Of a stretch of 64,000 bases of DNA, positions 25,499 through 36,295 are shown in pieces. This DNA comes from Candidatus Calditenuis fumarioli (GTDB lineage: Archaea; Thermoproteota; Nitrososphaeria_A; Caldarchaeales; Calditenuaceae). The first letter of the stretch is position 1; the number at the start of each line of letters is the position of its first letter. The notes under the pieces are model-generated. The model searched no databases. It had not been told where the DNA came from and saw only the letters and a program-made list of their open reading frames with translations. The translations under genes were made by a program, and so were the position numbers. The DNA lies in contig JANVYR010000001.1 of NCBI GenBank assembly GCA_030059665.1, positions 608,001 to 672,000 on the forward strand, in the 5' to 3' direction.

Positions 25499-26337
25499 CC
25501 GCGCACCGGCCTGCCGATGAAGGCAGAGGCCATCCTGACGGCGTCCAACGTCTCCCTAACGTTGTGCGTCCTCACGACGTCCGCGCCCTGCAGTACCGCG
25601 ATCGCCTCCGAGGCTATCGAGCCGTACAGCCGCTGCTCCGGATCCTCCCTTCCCGTCAGCTTCCCGATGAAGCTCTTCCTCGAGCACCCGATGAGTACAG
25701 GCCTACCGAGGGCCCGGATCTCCCGCAGCCTCCGGAGGATCTCCAGGTCGACCTGGTACCACTTCAGGTCCCTGTGGTTCCGGTGGAAGCCTATCCCCGG
25801 GTCTATCAGGATCCTCTCCTCCTCTATCCCGGCGTCCAGCGCGGCCTCCACCGACGCCCTCAGCCTCCGGATTATCCCCTCGATCACGTCGCCCGATTCC
25901 ACATCGCGCGCCATCAGGACGAGCGCCGCTCCGCTCTCGGCTATCTCCCTGAGGACGGGTTTGAGGTGGGCGAGCCCGTAAACGTCGTTGACGGCTTCAG
26001 CGCCCATCCTCAGCGCCTCCAGCACCGGCCTCGGCCTGAACGAGTCCACGGACACGGGCAGGTCGGTCGCGTCCCTTATCGCCTTCAATGCCCACCTGAT
26101 CCTCTCCGCCTCCGTCTCCTCGTCGATCCAGGACTCGAGGTAAGGCGCCGAGGACATCGCTCCCAGATCTATCACATCAGCCCCCTGCTCCTCCATCTCC
26201 GATGCGGCCCGTGCGACCTCCTCGGGAGACCTCCTGACCGATCCCTTGTAGAAGGACTCCGGGCTGACGTTGATCACGCCCATCAACCTGACCGGCAGGC
26301 CCTCTCCTACCTCGACCCTCCCTATCCTGGCCCTCAT
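25495..26337 (-). CDS. folP: dihydropteroate synthase
   Basis: GVINVSPESF, IDLGAMSS, SVDSF, IDPGIGF, GCSRKSFIG and VRTHNV motifs. Confidence 0.93.
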   Translation of the reverse strand: MRARIGRVEVGEGLPVRLMGVINVSPESFYKGSVRRSPEEVARAASEMEEQGADVIDLGAMSSAPYLESWIDEETEAERIRWALKAIRDATDLPVSVDSFRPRPVLEALRMGAEAVNDVYGLAHLKPVLREIAESGAALVLMARDVESGDVIEGIIRRLRASVEAALDAGIEEERILIDPGIGFHRNHRDLKWYQVDLEILRRLREIRALGRPVLIGCSRKSFIGKLTGREDPEQRLYGSIASEAIAVLQGADVVRTHNVRETLDAVRMASAFIGRPVRG

Positions 26338-26432
26338 CCGGAACCGGATGCGCGGCCGTCCCTATCAAGCGTCCTCCGCATCGCGCTACGAAAGGAAACG
26401 TTGATCACCCGCCTGGAGCGAGTAAACCCGGA

Positions 26433-26753
26433 ATGTCGGAGGAAGAGATAACGGTGGAGAAGGTGCTGGAGGCGCTGAAGATGGTCTACGACCCCGAGAT
26501 ACCGGTGAACGTGGTGGACCTCGGCCTGATCTACGACATCCAGATCAACCAGCAGGAGCGGTCGGTCTACGTCAAGATGACGCTCACCGCACCCGGCTGC
26601 CCGGTCGGTTTCCTCGTGGTCGAGCAGGCGAAGGAGGCCATCAGGTCCATGATACCCTCGGTGAAGAAGGTCGATGTGGAGCTGACCTTCAACCCGCCCT
26701 GGACGCCCGACAGGATGAGCGACGAGGCCAAGGAGATACTGGGCTTCATCTGA
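26433..26753 (+). CDS. SufT/MIP18 (DUF59) Fe-S cluster assembly factor
   Basis: VYDPEIPVNVVDLGLIY, MTLTAPGCP and PPWTPDRMS motifs. Confidence 0.93.
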   Translation: MSEEEITVEKVLEALKMVYDPEIPVNVVDLGLIYDIQINQQERSVYVKMTLTAPGCPVGFLVVEQAKEAIRSMIPSVKKVDVELTFNPPWTPDRMSDEAKEILGFI

Positions 26754-26765
26754 GGTCTATTCGCG

Positions 26766-27842
26766 TCAGTTCTGCCTAGGCCCGAAGTACCAGTCAATGA
26801 ACCCTTCGACCCGGGCCTCCAGCTCCGTCCGCCTCATCTCGTTCAACTTCGAGTACCTTATCGCCTCCAAGAGGTCGTAGCAGAGCTGCTCCGAATCGTC
26901 GCCGATAGGGGCAGCCCTAGCCTCGACGACCGCACGGTCCTCCAGAGTGGGCGTCACGTCGTAGAGCCGGTTGGCGCAGATAGCGAGGAACCTCAGCGTA
27001 GCCACCCCTACGCCACGACGCATCAGCAGGTCCCTGAAGTCCTCGGGCACGTCTTTGCAGAGCCCCTCCAGCACCCTCCAGTTCACCCGCACCGGCGTGG
27101 TCAGCGGGTTCTCCTCGGCCTGCAGGTCCGGGACGTACTCGAGCAGCGACCTCTGCTCCCGGGGCCTGTACGACGCCGCCACCCTTCTCAGCCTCCCCAA
27201 TCCCTCCCTGAGTACCTCCACCGAAGACCTCCGGAGCTCCCAGTTCATCGAGTGCGTGAAGTCGAGACAGTACCTCGCCCTCGAGTCTGAGAGGATGAGC
27301 GTGTGGGGCTCGTCGACGAGGTCCCGCTCCGCTGCCCTCCTGGAGCTCCAAAGGTAGAGCCTCCTGAGTACGCTCTTGTGGCCTATCTGCACGACCGACC
27401 AGGCGCACTCGACCGAGAAGGCCATCACGTGCAGCCATAGCTCGTAGCCGTCCTGGACCGCGACGCCGTCGACCTTCGCGGTGGCCCTGCTGACCTCCTT
27501 CAACATCTCGACCTGAGCCTCGGGCATCCCCATGTACGTCGCCAGCCCGTCGATCTCGTCGGGCACCCTGAACTTCTCCGAGTAGACGCCGCCGACCACG
27601 ACTACACCGTCCATCGGCGTGAGCGCGTCCTTCAGCAGCGAGAACATCAGCTCGACCGCTCCCGACGTCGGTGACCCCGGGCGGATCAGCGTCAGGAAGC
27701 ACTGGAGGCCGGCCGGATCGCCCAGGAGCTCGACGAACCTGGAGGGCCCGAAGTAGCCGGTGAAGGAGCCGACCACGGTCCTGATCTCGGCCCTGAGCCT
27801 CTCGTACTGGGCCCTGCTGGGCCGCTGAACCGGTGGCTCCAC
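26766..27842 (-). CDS. divergent DUF763-like protein
   Basis: SRATAKVDGVAVQDGYEL and WSVVQIG resemble DUF763 core motifs. Confidence 0.65.
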   Translation of the reverse strand: MEPPVQRPSRAQYERLRAEIRTVVGSFTGYFGPSRFVELLGDPAGLQCFLTLIRPGSPTSGAVELMFSLLKDALTPMDGVVVVGGVYSEKFRVPDEIDGLATYMGMPEAQVEMLKEVSRATAKVDGVAVQDGYELWLHVMAFSVECAWSVVQIGHKSVLRRLYLWSSRRAAERDLVDEPHTLILSDSRARYCLDFTHSMNWELRRSSVEVLREGLGRLRRVAASYRPREQRSLLEYVPDLQAEENPLTTPVRVNWRVLEGLCKDVPEDFRDLLMRRGVGVATLRFLAICANRLYDVTPTLEDRAVVEARAAPIGDDSEQLCYDLLEAIRYSKLNEMRRTELEARVEGFIDWYFGPRQN

Positions 27843-28003
27843 CGCGCCTCACCTGGCTGGCGAGGACCAATCGACGTTGCGGATTTAACCGTATGGTGTG
27901 TAGCAGCGTAGCGTATTACGTGCATCGGACTACGCGCATGATACGTGAAGGGACGTGTCCGTAGCGGGTTTGGTGGTAAGGGAAAAAGAGGCTGTTTGGG
28001 GGA

Positions 28004-28249
28004 TCAGGCGAGACGGGGCGGGAGTAAATCCTGGAGGAGTACGTCCTCGTAGGTCCCGTCGGGGTAGCGCCTCCTGATGACTATCGGTAGAACGCCGGCC
28101 TTCAGCTCCTTGACCGCGATGGTGAATATCGTGTCGCCCGGCTCCGGCTTAACCAGCGGGAACGCGCCGACCGAGAGCTGGAGCGCCCTCCCACCGATTA
28201 TCCTCGTCTCCTCGTACTTGGTGAGCCTTCGCTGCGTAGCGAGCACCAT
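28004..28249 (-). CDS. rpoK: DNA-directed RNA polymerase subunit K (Rpo6)
   Basis: LTKYEETRIIGGRALQLSVGA and LPIVIRR. Confidence 0.96.
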   Translation of the reverse strand: MVLATQRRLTKYEETRIIGGRALQLSVGAFPLVKPEPGDTIFTIAVKELKAGVLPIVIRRRYPDGTYEDVLLQDLLPPRLA

Positions 28250-28284
28250 CGCTCCTTTCCTCTTCAGCCTTCAGCGAGGTCTGT

Positions 28285-29946
28285 TCAGTCGAAGTCGGTG
28301 CTGGTGCTGCTCTTCTCCTCCTCTTCCTCCTTCTTCTCCTTCTTGCTCTCCTTCTCCGAGAGCTTGGACGCGGCGATGATGTCGTCGATCTTCAGCACCA
28401 GGGAGGCGGCCTCGACGGCCGACTTGATCACCTGCTTCTTCACCGCGACCGGATCTATGACGTTGAGCGACATCATGTCGTGGAGCCTGTTGTTCAGGAC
28501 GTCGACGCCGAACCAGATCTGGCCCTCCTTGTGCTTGCTCCTCAGGGTGACGATGCTCTCGACCGGGTCGAGGCCGGCGTTCTCGGCCAGCTGTATCGGG
28601 ACTATCTCAAGGGCCTCAGCGAACTTCTCCACCGCGAGCTGCTCCTTCCCCGGCAGGGTCCTCGCGTAGTCCCTGAGCCTCAGCGCGAGCTCGGTCTCGA
28701 TGGCACCTCCGCCGGCGACGATCTTGGGCTCGATCAGGATGTCCTTGACGACGTTGATCGCGTCCTTGAGGGAGCGCTCGGCCTCGTCGACTATCCTCTG
28801 GGTCCCTCCCCTGACGAGGATCGTCACCGACCTCGGGTTCTCGCAGCCCTCGACGAAGACCATCTTGTCCTCTCCGACCCTCCTCTCCTCGACCAGCTGG
28901 GCCTTTCCGAGGTCCTCCGGCGTGAGGTCGTCGATCCTCGAGATCACCCTGCCGCCGGTGGCCTTGGCGAGCTTCTCCATGTCGCTCTTCTTTATCCTCC
29001 TGACCGCGAGTATCCCCTTCCTCGCGAGGAAGTGCTGCGCGAGGTCGTCGATCCCCTTCTGGCAGAAGACTACGTTGGCCCCGGTCGCCGCGATCTTGTC
29101 GACCATCTCCTTAAGCATCTTCTCCTCCTGCTCCATGAAGGCCCTCATCTGCTCCGGCGTCTCGATGTGGAGCTTGGCGTCGAACTCGGTCTTCTCGATC
29201 TCGAGCGGCGCGTCCAGCAGCGCTATCCTCGCGTTCCTCACGAGCTTCGGCATGTCAGGATGGACCACCTCCTTGTCGAGCACGATGCCCTCGATCAGCA
29301 TAGTGTCGACCACCGACATGCCCTCCTTCTTCTCGATCTTGATGTCGTCCAGGTCCACCTTCCACTTGCCGTTCTCGAGCCTGGCCACCTTGAGCACCGC
29401 GTCCACCGCTATCCTCGCGAGGTGATCGGCGAACTCACCGACCAGCTTGCTGGAGAGCGAGGTCTTCGCGATCCGGATGAGGTACTCCCTGTCCTGCGGG
29501 TTGACGGGCACCCCGATCTCGTCGAGGATCCTGAGGGCCTCTGCGGCTGCCTTCTTGTAACCCTCGATGATCAGCGACGGGTGTATCTCCTTGTCGATCA
29601 GCTCCTCGGCCTTGGCCAGTAGCTCACCGGCCACGACGACGGCGGTGGTAGTGCCGTCACCGACCTCCTCGTCCTGGGCCTTGGCGACCTCCACGAGCAT
29701 CTTAGCGACCGGGTGCTCGACGTCCATCTCCTTCAGGATCGTCGCTCCGTCGTTGGTGATCACGATGTCCCCGAAGCTGTCGACGAGCATCTTGTCCATT
29801 CCCCTCGGGCCGAGCGAAGTCCGCATGGCCTCAGCGATCGCCTTCGCCACGGTTATGTTGGCCGCCTGCGCCTCCCTTCCCCTGGTCCTCTGCGTCCCCT
29901 CCTTCAGGATGATCACGGGTACCGTAGCTCCTGGAGCTGCTGCCAT
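28285..29946 (-). CDS. ths: thermosome (group II chaperonin) subunit
   Basis: [21 protein letters not shown] and GDGTTTAVV; start placed at ATG 29946. Confidence 0.97.
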   Translation of the reverse strand: MAAAPGATVPVIILKEGTQRTRGREAQAANITVAKAIAEAMRTSLGPRGMDKMLVDSFGDIVITNDGATILKEMDVEHPVAKMLVEVAKAQDEEVGDGTTTAVVVAGELLAKAEELIDKEIHPSLIIEGYKKAAAEALRILDEIGVPVNPQDREYLIRIAKTSLSSKLVGEFADHLARIAVDAVLKVARLENGKWKVDLDDIKIEKKEGMSVVDTMLIEGIVLDKEVVHPDMPKLVRNARIALLDAPLEIEKTEFDAKLHIETPEQMRAFMEQEEKMLKEMVDKIAATGANVVFCQKGIDDLAQHFLARKGILAVRRIKKSDMEKLAKATGGRVISRIDDLTPEDLGKAQLVEERRVGEDKMVFVEGCENPRSVTILVRGGTQRIVDEAERSLKDAINVVKDILIEPKIVAGGGAIETELALRLRDYARTLPGKEQLAVEKFAEALEIVPIQLAENAGLDPVESIVTLRSKHKEGQIWFGVDVLNNRLHDMMSLNVIDPVAVKKQVIKSAVEAASLVLKIDDIIAASKLSEKESKKEKKEEEEEKSSTSTDFD

Positions 29947-30157
29947 ACCAAAACCACCTGTCGTTACCGTCATCGCCTTCCTTTTAAACGTCGTCTCAAC
30001 GGTCATAGAGACACGGTCCGTTGACCCGGAACTCCGGTCTCCGCTGAATCGATGGACGCAAGGGCGCATGTCCTGCACGGCAACCACGTCGGGAGGCAGC
30101 TCGCCGCCCCTTTTCCCGGGAACGTTTACGTCAAAGGCCTTTCGGTGATCCAAGGAG

Positions 30158-31165
30158 TTGGCGGAGAGGAAGCTCAGGTTCGCGATACCGAAGGGCTCGC
30201 TGGAGCAGGATACGCTGAAGCTCCTCCAGGCGGCTTTCTACGAGGTCAAGGGCGCGGACAGGTCGTACAGGCCCTCGATCAGCGACCAGGAGATATCGCT
30301 GAAGATCCTGAGGCCCCAGGAGATCCCCGTCTACGTCCAGGACGGTCTCCACGACATAGGCATCACGGGATCCGACTGGGTCCTCGAGACGGGCGCCGAC
30401 GTGGAGGTGCTGAGGGACCTCGAGTACGGAAGGGTCCGGCTGGTCTTCGCGGCCCCGGCCTCTGACGACTCGACCAGCATCAGCCAGTTCCTCGAGCGGA
30501 GGCTCTCCAGAGGTCTGCCCGTGAGGATATCGACTGAGTACCTGAACATCACAGCCCGGACCATCGCGCAGAACCCCGTCTACCGGAGGTACTTCGGGGA
30601 GATGAGGCCCATGATCGTCACGCCGTGGTACCGCGTCGGCGAGAACGAGAAGGTCGGGATTTACCTCTCCTTCGGTGCAACCGAGGCCAAGCCTCCTGAG
30701 GAGGCGGACGCAATAGTGGACAACACCGAGACGGGGAGGACGCTCGAGCAGAACAACCTCAGGATCGTCGAGCAGATCATGGTGAGCAGCGCCACGCTCA
30801 TCGCCAACAGGGATGCCCTCAAGGACCCCTGGAAGAGGGAGAAGATACTGGACGTCCTCTCGATGTTCACGGGCGTCATAGAGTCCCGCAGGAGGCTGCA
30901 CGTCTTCCTGAACGTCCGCGAGGAGAACCTCCAGGAGCTCCTCTCCATCCTCCCTGGGCTGAAGTCGCCCACGATCAGCAGGCTCGCGGCACCGGGGTGG
31001 TACGCGGTGAACACCGTCATCGAGAGGTCGGAGCTGTTCCGGATACTGCCGAGGCTGAGGAGAATTGCCCAGGGTCTCGTGATACACGAACCACAGCTGA
31101 TCCTCTCGATCGAGGAGGTGATGAGGGGAGTTGAGGCCGATGAGGGTGAGCGGAAGGGAAGTTGA
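30158..31165 (+). CDS. hisG: ATP phosphoribosyltransferase (long form)
   Basis: [38 protein letters not shown] and C-terminal PGLKSPTI. Confidence 0.95.
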   Translation: MAERKLRFAIPKGSLEQDTLKLLQAAFYEVKGADRSYRPSISDQEISLKILRPQEIPVYVQDGLHDIGITGSDWVLETGADVEVLRDLEYGRVRLVFAAPASDDSTSISQFLERRLSRGLPVRISTEYLNITARTIAQNPVYRRYFGEMRPMIVTPWYRVGENEKVGIYLSFGATEAKPPEEADAIVDNTETGRTLEQNNLRIVEQIMVSSATLIANRDALKDPWKREKILDVLSMFTGVIESRRRLHVFLNVREENLQELLSILPGLKSPTISRLAAPGWYAVNTVIERSELFRILPRLRRIAQGLVIHEPQLILSIEEVMRGVEADEGERKGS

Positions 31166-32411
31166 GGCTCTGGCCCGGGAGATCAGGAGGACCTCTCGAT
31201 CCGACACGCAGCTCTCCGAGACCGTGAGGAGGATCATCGCAGATGTGAGGGAGAGGGGCGACAAAGCGCTCGTCGAGATGGCGAGAAGGTTCGACGGCGT
31301 CGAGCTGAGCGTTGAGGACCTGGTCTCCGGCAGGAGCGAGATGGAGGAGGCCGTCTCGAGGGCCGACAGGTCGCTGGTCAGGGCCCTGAGGAGGCTCGCG
31401 TCGAGGGTTTCGAGGCTGGAGCGGAGGCGGCTGAGGTCCGTCTCGTTCCGGGTCAGGTATCCCGAGGGCACGGTCATCGAGTCCACCTGGAGGCCCCTGG
31501 TGTCGGTCGGGTGCTACGCTCCGGGCGGTAGGGCCCCCTACGTCAGCACGATCGTCATGCTCGGCGTCCCCGCATCGGTGGCCGGCGTCGGTCGGAAGGT
31601 CCTCGCCACACCCCCACCGAGGAGCGAGGAGACCCGGACTGCGGTACTCGCGGCCGCTCACGTCGCCGGTTTCGACGAGGTGCTCTGGTCGGGTGGTGCT
31701 CAGGCGGTGGCGGCCCTGGCCTATGGGACCGAGAGCGTCAAACCGGTGGAGAAGGTGCTCGGCCCCGGTAACAGGTACGTCGCCGAGGCGAAGAGGCAGA
31801 TCCAGTCGGACGTGGCGATCGACTTCGTCGCAGGTCCCACCGAGCTCGTGGTGCTCTTCGACAGGTCATCGAGCGCGGAGCTTGTGGCGATGGACATGAT
31901 GGCCCAGGCCGAACACGGCCCCGGATCGATAGCGGTTGCCGTGACAGCCGACGAGGATGCGGCGAACGCGCTGGCGTCCGTCCTCGAGTCGGAGCTCAGG
32001 TCGCTGCCGGAGGATAGCGTGCTGAGGCAGAACCTCTCGATGGGATGGAACGTGGTTCTCGCCGAGAGCTGGGACGACGCGGTGAGATTGGTGGACGCGA
32101 TCGCACCGGAGCACCTCTCGGTGGCCTCCGACGGGCTCGCCCACCTCGTCGGGAAGGTCCGGAACGCGGGAGCCGTGACGGTCGGTACAGGTGTTCCGAG
32201 CGTGTTGCTGGACTACTTCGCAGGGGCCTCCCACGTCCTTCCGACAGGAGGGTGGGCCAGAGCAAGGGGAGGTCTCACGGTCCTCGACTACGTCAAGCTG
32301 ATCAACGTCGTCAGGGCCGATGAGCGCGTCCGGGCGAAGGCATCGGAGGAGGTGGGCCTTTTGGCGGAGGTCGAGGGGCTGCCGAACCACAGGAGGGCAC
32401 TCAGCGCTTGA
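31131..32411 (+). CDS. hisD: histidinol dehydrogenase
   Basis: GGAQAVAALAYGTE, GPGNRYV, AGPTE, QAEH, APEHL and HVLPTGG motifs. Confidence 0.96.
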   Translation: MRPMRVSGREVEALAREIRRTSRSDTQLSETVRRIIADVRERGDKALVEMARRFDGVELSVEDLVSGRSEMEEAVSRADRSLVRALRRLASRVSRLERRRLRSVSFRVRYPEGTVIESTWRPLVSVGCYAPGGRAPYVSTIVMLGVPASVAGVGRKVLATPPPRSEETRTAVLAAAHVAGFDEVLWSGGAQAVAALAYGTESVKPVEKVLGPGNRYVAEAKRQIQSDVAIDFVAGPTELVVLFDRSSSAELVAMDMMAQAEHGPGSIAVAVTADEDAANALASVLESELRSLPEDSVLRQNLSMGWNVVLAESWDDAVRLVDAIAPEHLSVASDGLAHLVGKVRNAGAVTVGTGVPSVLLDYFAGASHVLPTGGWARARGGLTVLDYVKLINVVRADERVRAKASEEVGLLAEVEGLPNHRRALSA

Positions 32412-33583
32412 GCTCGTTCGTGAGGGTCGGGCGGGGGCTCGTCAGGAGGGCGGCAATCAACGAGCTGGCGATCGTCGACGCGGTGATCTTCGACTGCGAC
32501 GGCGTGCTGATCGACGTCAGGGGATCCTACGACAGGGCCGTCCTCGAGTCGGTGAGGGTCGTGATGGAGGGAGCGTTCGGGATGGAGCTGCCCGACACCG
32601 CGCTCGATGCCAGGCACCTCTACCTGCTCCGGAAGACAGGTGGGTTCAACAACGACCTGGACGCCGCGTGGGTCATAGCCCTCTGGCTGTTCACCGGAGT
32701 TGAGGAGCTTGCGATCCGTGAGCTGGGCGAGAGGTTGGAGGCCGTGATGAGCCGCAGGCCTAAGAACCCGAGGCAGCTCTTCGACGCGGTGGCCTCCTCA
32801 GCTCCGGACCGCTCCTTTCCCAGGAAGATGCTCAGGGTGAACCCGGTGCCGCTCGAGGTGCTGCTGGAGAGGGCCCCCAGGTCTGGCAGATCCCACATGA
32901 CCCGCGACGACGTGGAATCGGTGCTGAGGGTCCAGGCGCAGGACAGGGGCATCTTCGCGGAGTACGAGTCGTTCAAGGATTTCCTCGGCAGGGGCAGAAC
33001 CTACGGCCTCGACCTGCTCGAGACGGTCTTCGACGACCTGTACTACGGCAGGGATGCCGTCAGGGCGGTCTTCGGGACCGGGCCCTACTTCGACTTCGGA
33101 GAGGGCCTGTACCGCAACGAGGTGCCGATGGTGGACGGAGCGGTCCTCCTCAGGTTGGAGGAGCTCATCGGTTCCGGTCGGATGGGGATGGTCACCGGCA
33201 GGGACTCGGTCACCACCTGGGAGGTGCTTAACGACCTGAGGGCGTTCTTCAGGGAGGGCGCCTGCGTCTTCATAGCCGACGAGCTGAGGAGGGGCGGGCC
33301 TGAGACGCTGATGAAGCCGAGCCCGTACGGCCTCCTGAAGTCGGCCGCGGCTTTGGGCCCCAGAAGCTCTCCGCTCTACGTGGGGAACTCCGCCGAGGAC
33401 CTGCACTCCGCCCGGTATGCTGAGTCCTACGGTCTCAAAACCCTCTTCGCCGCCGTGGTCGGACTCCACCCTGACCCTGAGGACGCGACGCGGGACTTCA
33501 TCGCTAACGGCGCAGACGTCATAGTGGGCGACGTCGCCGAGCTCGTGGAGGTTCTGGAGAAAGTGAAGGTAAGGGGTCTGTGA
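32408..33583 (+). CDS. HAD-superfamily hydrolase in his operon
   Basis: Motif I FDCDGVLIDV, VTGR, KPSP and YVGNSAED. Confidence 0.85.
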   Translation: MSSFVRVGRGLVRRAAINELAIVDAVIFDCDGVLIDVRGSYDRAVLESVRVVMEGAFGMELPDTALDARHLYLLRKTGGFNNDLDAAWVIALWLFTGVEELAIRELGERLEAVMSRRPKNPRQLFDAVASSAPDRSFPRKMLRVNPVPLEVLLERAPRSGRSHMTRDDVESVLRVQAQDRGIFAEYESFKDFLGRGRTYGLDLLETVFDDLYYGRDAVRAVFGTGPYFDFGEGLYRNEVPMVDGAVLLRLEELIGSGRMGMVTGRDSVTTWEVLNDLRAFFREGACVFIADELRRGGPETLMKPSPYGLLKSAAALGPRSSPLYVGNSAEDLHSARYAESYGLKTLFAAVVGLHPDPEDATRDFIANGADVIVGDVAELVEVLEKVKVRGL

Positions 33584-33595
33584 GGGTACTCGATC

Positions 33596-34051
33596 TCAGT
33601 ACTGTTCCGCAACCACCTCTATGTGGATCAGCGTCTTGTTGTGCGGAGAGGCCCTTCCGAAGGCCCTGGGGAAGAACTTCTTGATCACCCTGCCCTTGTG
33701 GACCGCCGCGTGGACTATCCTGAGCCTCGAGGTGTCGAGTCCCTTGAACTCGGCGTTGGCCTCCAGCGACTCCAGCAGCTTCAGCAGCAGCCTCGCTGGC
33801 TTGACCGGGTAACCGCCCGGCCCCTTCGTCTCGGAGTGGTGGGCCCTCAGCTTCCTGTACCTCCGGTAAGGTATCATCCTCCGGCGTTCGATCACGTCCT
33901 GGAGCAGCCTCTTCGCGTCCTCCAGGTCCATCCCCTTGATGGCCGCACAGACCTCCCTCGTCCACTTCGGCGATGCGTCCACCTCCCTCAGGCTCGCCTT
34001 GGCGATCCTCGACTCGTCCGCGAGCTGGATCGAGTAGCCCCACTTCGGCAT
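33596..34051 (-). CDS. rpl22: 50S ribosomal protein L22 (uL22)
   Basis: GGYPVKPAR, IVHAAVHKG and PRAFGRASP motifs. Confidence 0.96.
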   Translation of the reverse strand: MPKWGYSIQLADESRIAKASLREVDASPKWTREVCAAIKGMDLEDAKRLLQDVIERRRMIPYRRYRKLRAHHSETKGPGGYPVKPARLLLKLLESLEANAEFKGLDTSRLRIVHAAVHKGRVIKKFFPRAFGRASPHNKTLIHIEVVAEQY

Positions 34052-34171
34052 CTCCGTCCTCCTGGCGACCGCTAATCCTCGCTATTAACGCTGCCTCGAG
34101 CAAGGGCTCAACCGTAAATGAGCTGAGTTTGCGGCAAACGCTTTTTCTCCTCCATAGACGTAGAGGTTGGG

Positions 34172-34963
34172 ATGGCCTACTATCTGGTCCGGGCGAGACC
34201 GAGGGAGGGCGCGCTTCACAGGGTGAGGCAGCTGCTGGACGGAGGAACGATCGCGTCCATGAGGCCCTTCGGGCCAGCCCTGGATCTCAGCCTCAGGGGT
34301 GCGAGGTACGACCTCAAGGGCACCCTGCTCTGGGAGGAGGAGGACTACTGCACGCCGCCCTTAGCAATGGAGAGGGAGGCGGTCCTCGACAGGCACTTCG
34401 AGATCTCATCCATAGAACCGGTCAGGAGGGGTGAAGGCTGGTCGAAGGTCTCGTTCTACCCCAGCGTCTGGACGTTCCTCAACGGTCTCCCCGTTAGGAA
34501 GGGCGAGAGGCCCTTGACCAGAAGGGGCATGCCCCACCAGCAGCTGACCCAGACCTCCAGCCCCGAGATTTACAGGAGGCTCGCGGAGCTGCTCTTCTCC
34601 CTTCCCGGCGTGAGGGAGGAGGTGAGCGCGGTCTCGGTGCCCGGAGCGAGGGCCCTGGTCCTCGAAGAGGGAGAGCCTGCAGGCCCACCCGACGCCTTCA
34701 TGGTCGGAAGGGAGTTCGCGCACCTCCATCCTCCCGGCGACGGCAGCCTCCACCTCATGGCACCGCCCAACTGGGTCGAAGAGATACTCCGCAAGGGTTG
34801 GGGCGAGAGGCACCCCGCCGCGGGGTTGCTGATCCCGGAGAACGCCGTGATGGTCTATGCCCCGAGGGACGAGGCTGAGCTGGCAACGGTCTACGAGATC
34901 GTCCTCCTCTCCTACTGGCGGGCCAAGGGCGTGGAGGTGCCGGATCCGGGTTCTCTCGTCTGA
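34172..34963 (+). CDS. two-domain protein: uncharacterised N-domain plus luciferase-like (DUF5519/PF17648-like) C-domain
   Basis: N-domain contains EEDYCTPPLAMER; C-domain contains REFAHLHPPGDGSLHL and GWGERHP. Confidence 0.7.
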   Translation: MAYYLVRARPREGALHRVRQLLDGGTIASMRPFGPALDLSLRGARYDLKGTLLWEEEDYCTPPLAMEREAVLDRHFEISSIEPVRRGEGWSKVSFYPSVWTFLNGLPVRKGERPLTRRGMPHQQLTQTSSPEIYRRLAELLFSLPGVREEVSAVSVPGARALVLEEGEPAGPPDAFMVGREFAHLHPPGDGSLHLMAPPNWVEEILRKGWGERHPAAGLLIPENAVMVYAPRDEAELATVYEIVLLSYWRAKGVEVPDPGSLV

Positions 34964-35025
34964 CGGAGATCACATGCCCGCGATCTCCCACAACAGCTAA
35001 AAGCGACGCCGAGCTTGACGGGTCG

Positions 35026-35265
35026 ATGCCTCAGGTCAGGATCGTTTACTGCGTTCCCTGCGGCTTCCTCCCGAGGGCGATCCAGCTGGCGAGCGACCTC
35101 CTCAACAGGTACGGCACGAAATACCTGAAGGACTTCTCGGTGACGCTGGACACGGGAGACGGAGGGATCTTCGACGTCTACGTCGACGGAAAGCTGGTCT
35201 TCTCGAGGAAGGCCGAGGGAGGGAGGTTCCCGACGGTCGAGGACATCGCGAAGCATCTGGGATGA
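35026..35265 (+). CDS. SelT/SelW/SelH (Rdx) family redoxin
   Basis: IVYCVPCG, GIFDVYVDG and FSRK...FP motifs. Confidence 0.9.
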   Translation: MPQVRIVYCVPCGFLPRAIQLASDLLNRYGTKYLKDFSVTLDTGDGGIFDVYVDGKLVFSRKAEGGRFPTVEDIAKHLG

Positions 35266-35738
35266 CCAAGGCTAGGACTCCCCAAGAGACCAGGAAGAGG
35301 GTTGCGGTGGGTGCCGACGACCTGTACCCCGCCGCGCTGGAGGTGGTGAGGTACCTCAGCTCGAAGGGCTTCGAGGTGGAGAGGGTCGGTTCCCTCGTGA
35401 CGGGGCGGGTCGAGCCGTGGCCCGATGTGGCCGTTGAGGTGGCCAAGAGGGTCGCCGGGGGAGAGGTGGACTTCGGCGTGGTCGTCTGCTACACCGGGAC
35501 CGGAGTCTCGATTGCCGCGAACAAGGTGAGGGGCGTGAGGGCGGCCCTCTGCTTCGACGCCGAGACCGCGAGGGGCGCGAGGCTCTGGAACGACGCAAAC
35601 GTCCTTGCGCTAAGCGGCCGGCTCACCTCCCCCCACGTCGCCCGGGAGATCCTGGACGCCTGGCTCTCCGTTGAGAGGATCGACGAGTCAGAGAGGACCA
35701 ACATAGAGAAGGTGAAGAAAATGGACGAGGTGCGGTGA
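35262..35738 (+). CDS. rpiB: RpiB/LacA/LacB-family sugar-phosphate isomerase
   Basis: CYTGTGVSIAANKVRGVRAALC and NDANVLAL motifs. Confidence 0.9.
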   Translation: MTKARTPQETRKRVAVGADDLYPAALEVVRYLSSKGFEVERVGSLVTGRVEPWPDVAVEVAKRVAGGEVDFGVVVCYTGTGVSIAANKVRGVRAALCFDAETARGARLWNDANVLALSGRLTSPHVAREILDAWLSVERIDESERTNIEKVKKMDEVR

Positions 35739-35746
35739 CCTCGGCC

Positions 35747-36256
35747 TTAGCCTTGCTTCTGCACACCTGACTTGAGGGCCTTCACGAACTCGAGGACCTC
35801 CTTCGCGTGCTCCGCCGGGCTCACCTTGGTGAAGACCTTCACCACCGTTCCGTCCGGCGCGATGACGAAGGTGTGACGTTTCGCCTTCCTGGTCAGGCCG
35901 TTGAGGGAGGCGTAGGCCCTTGCGACCTCACCGCGCACGTCGCTCAGCAGTGTGAAGTTCAGCCCGTACTTTTTCGCGAACCTCGCGTTCCTCTCCGGCG
36001 GGTCGGTGCTGATGCCGACGACCGTCACGCCCTCCGAGCTGAGGTCAAGCATGTGGTCCCTGAAGGAACAGGCCTCCTTCGTGCATCCCGGCGTGTCCGC
36101 CATCGGGTAGAAGTAAACCACGACGTAGCTCCCCTTGTTCAGGACGTCGGAGAGCCTGAAGGTCTTCCCGTTGGCATCAGGCAGCTCGAACTCCGGAGCT
36201 TGCCTCCCAAGTAGCTCCTCTGGACTCTTCGGTGCCGTCTCGGACAAGCGGATCAC
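35747..36256 (-). CDS. bcp: peroxiredoxin, Bcp type
   Basis: YFYPMADTPGCTKEACSFRD. Confidence 0.93.
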   Translation of the reverse strand: MIRLSETAPKSPEELLGRQAPEFELPDANGKTFRLSDVLNKGSYVVVYFYPMADTPGCTKEACSFRDHMLDLSSEGVTVVGISTDPPERNARFAKKYGLNFTLLSDVRGEVARAYASLNGLTRKAKRHTFVIAPDGTVVKVFTKVSPAEHAKEVLEFVKALKSGVQKQG

Positions 36257-36295
36257 CCGTTCTGCGCTGACCCGAACTTCAGTCCCTGATCTCGG

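Noticed and set aside
35026-35265. Selenoprotein in the SelW-like gene
   Set aside because: The motif is CxxC encoded by Cys codons with no in-frame TGA.
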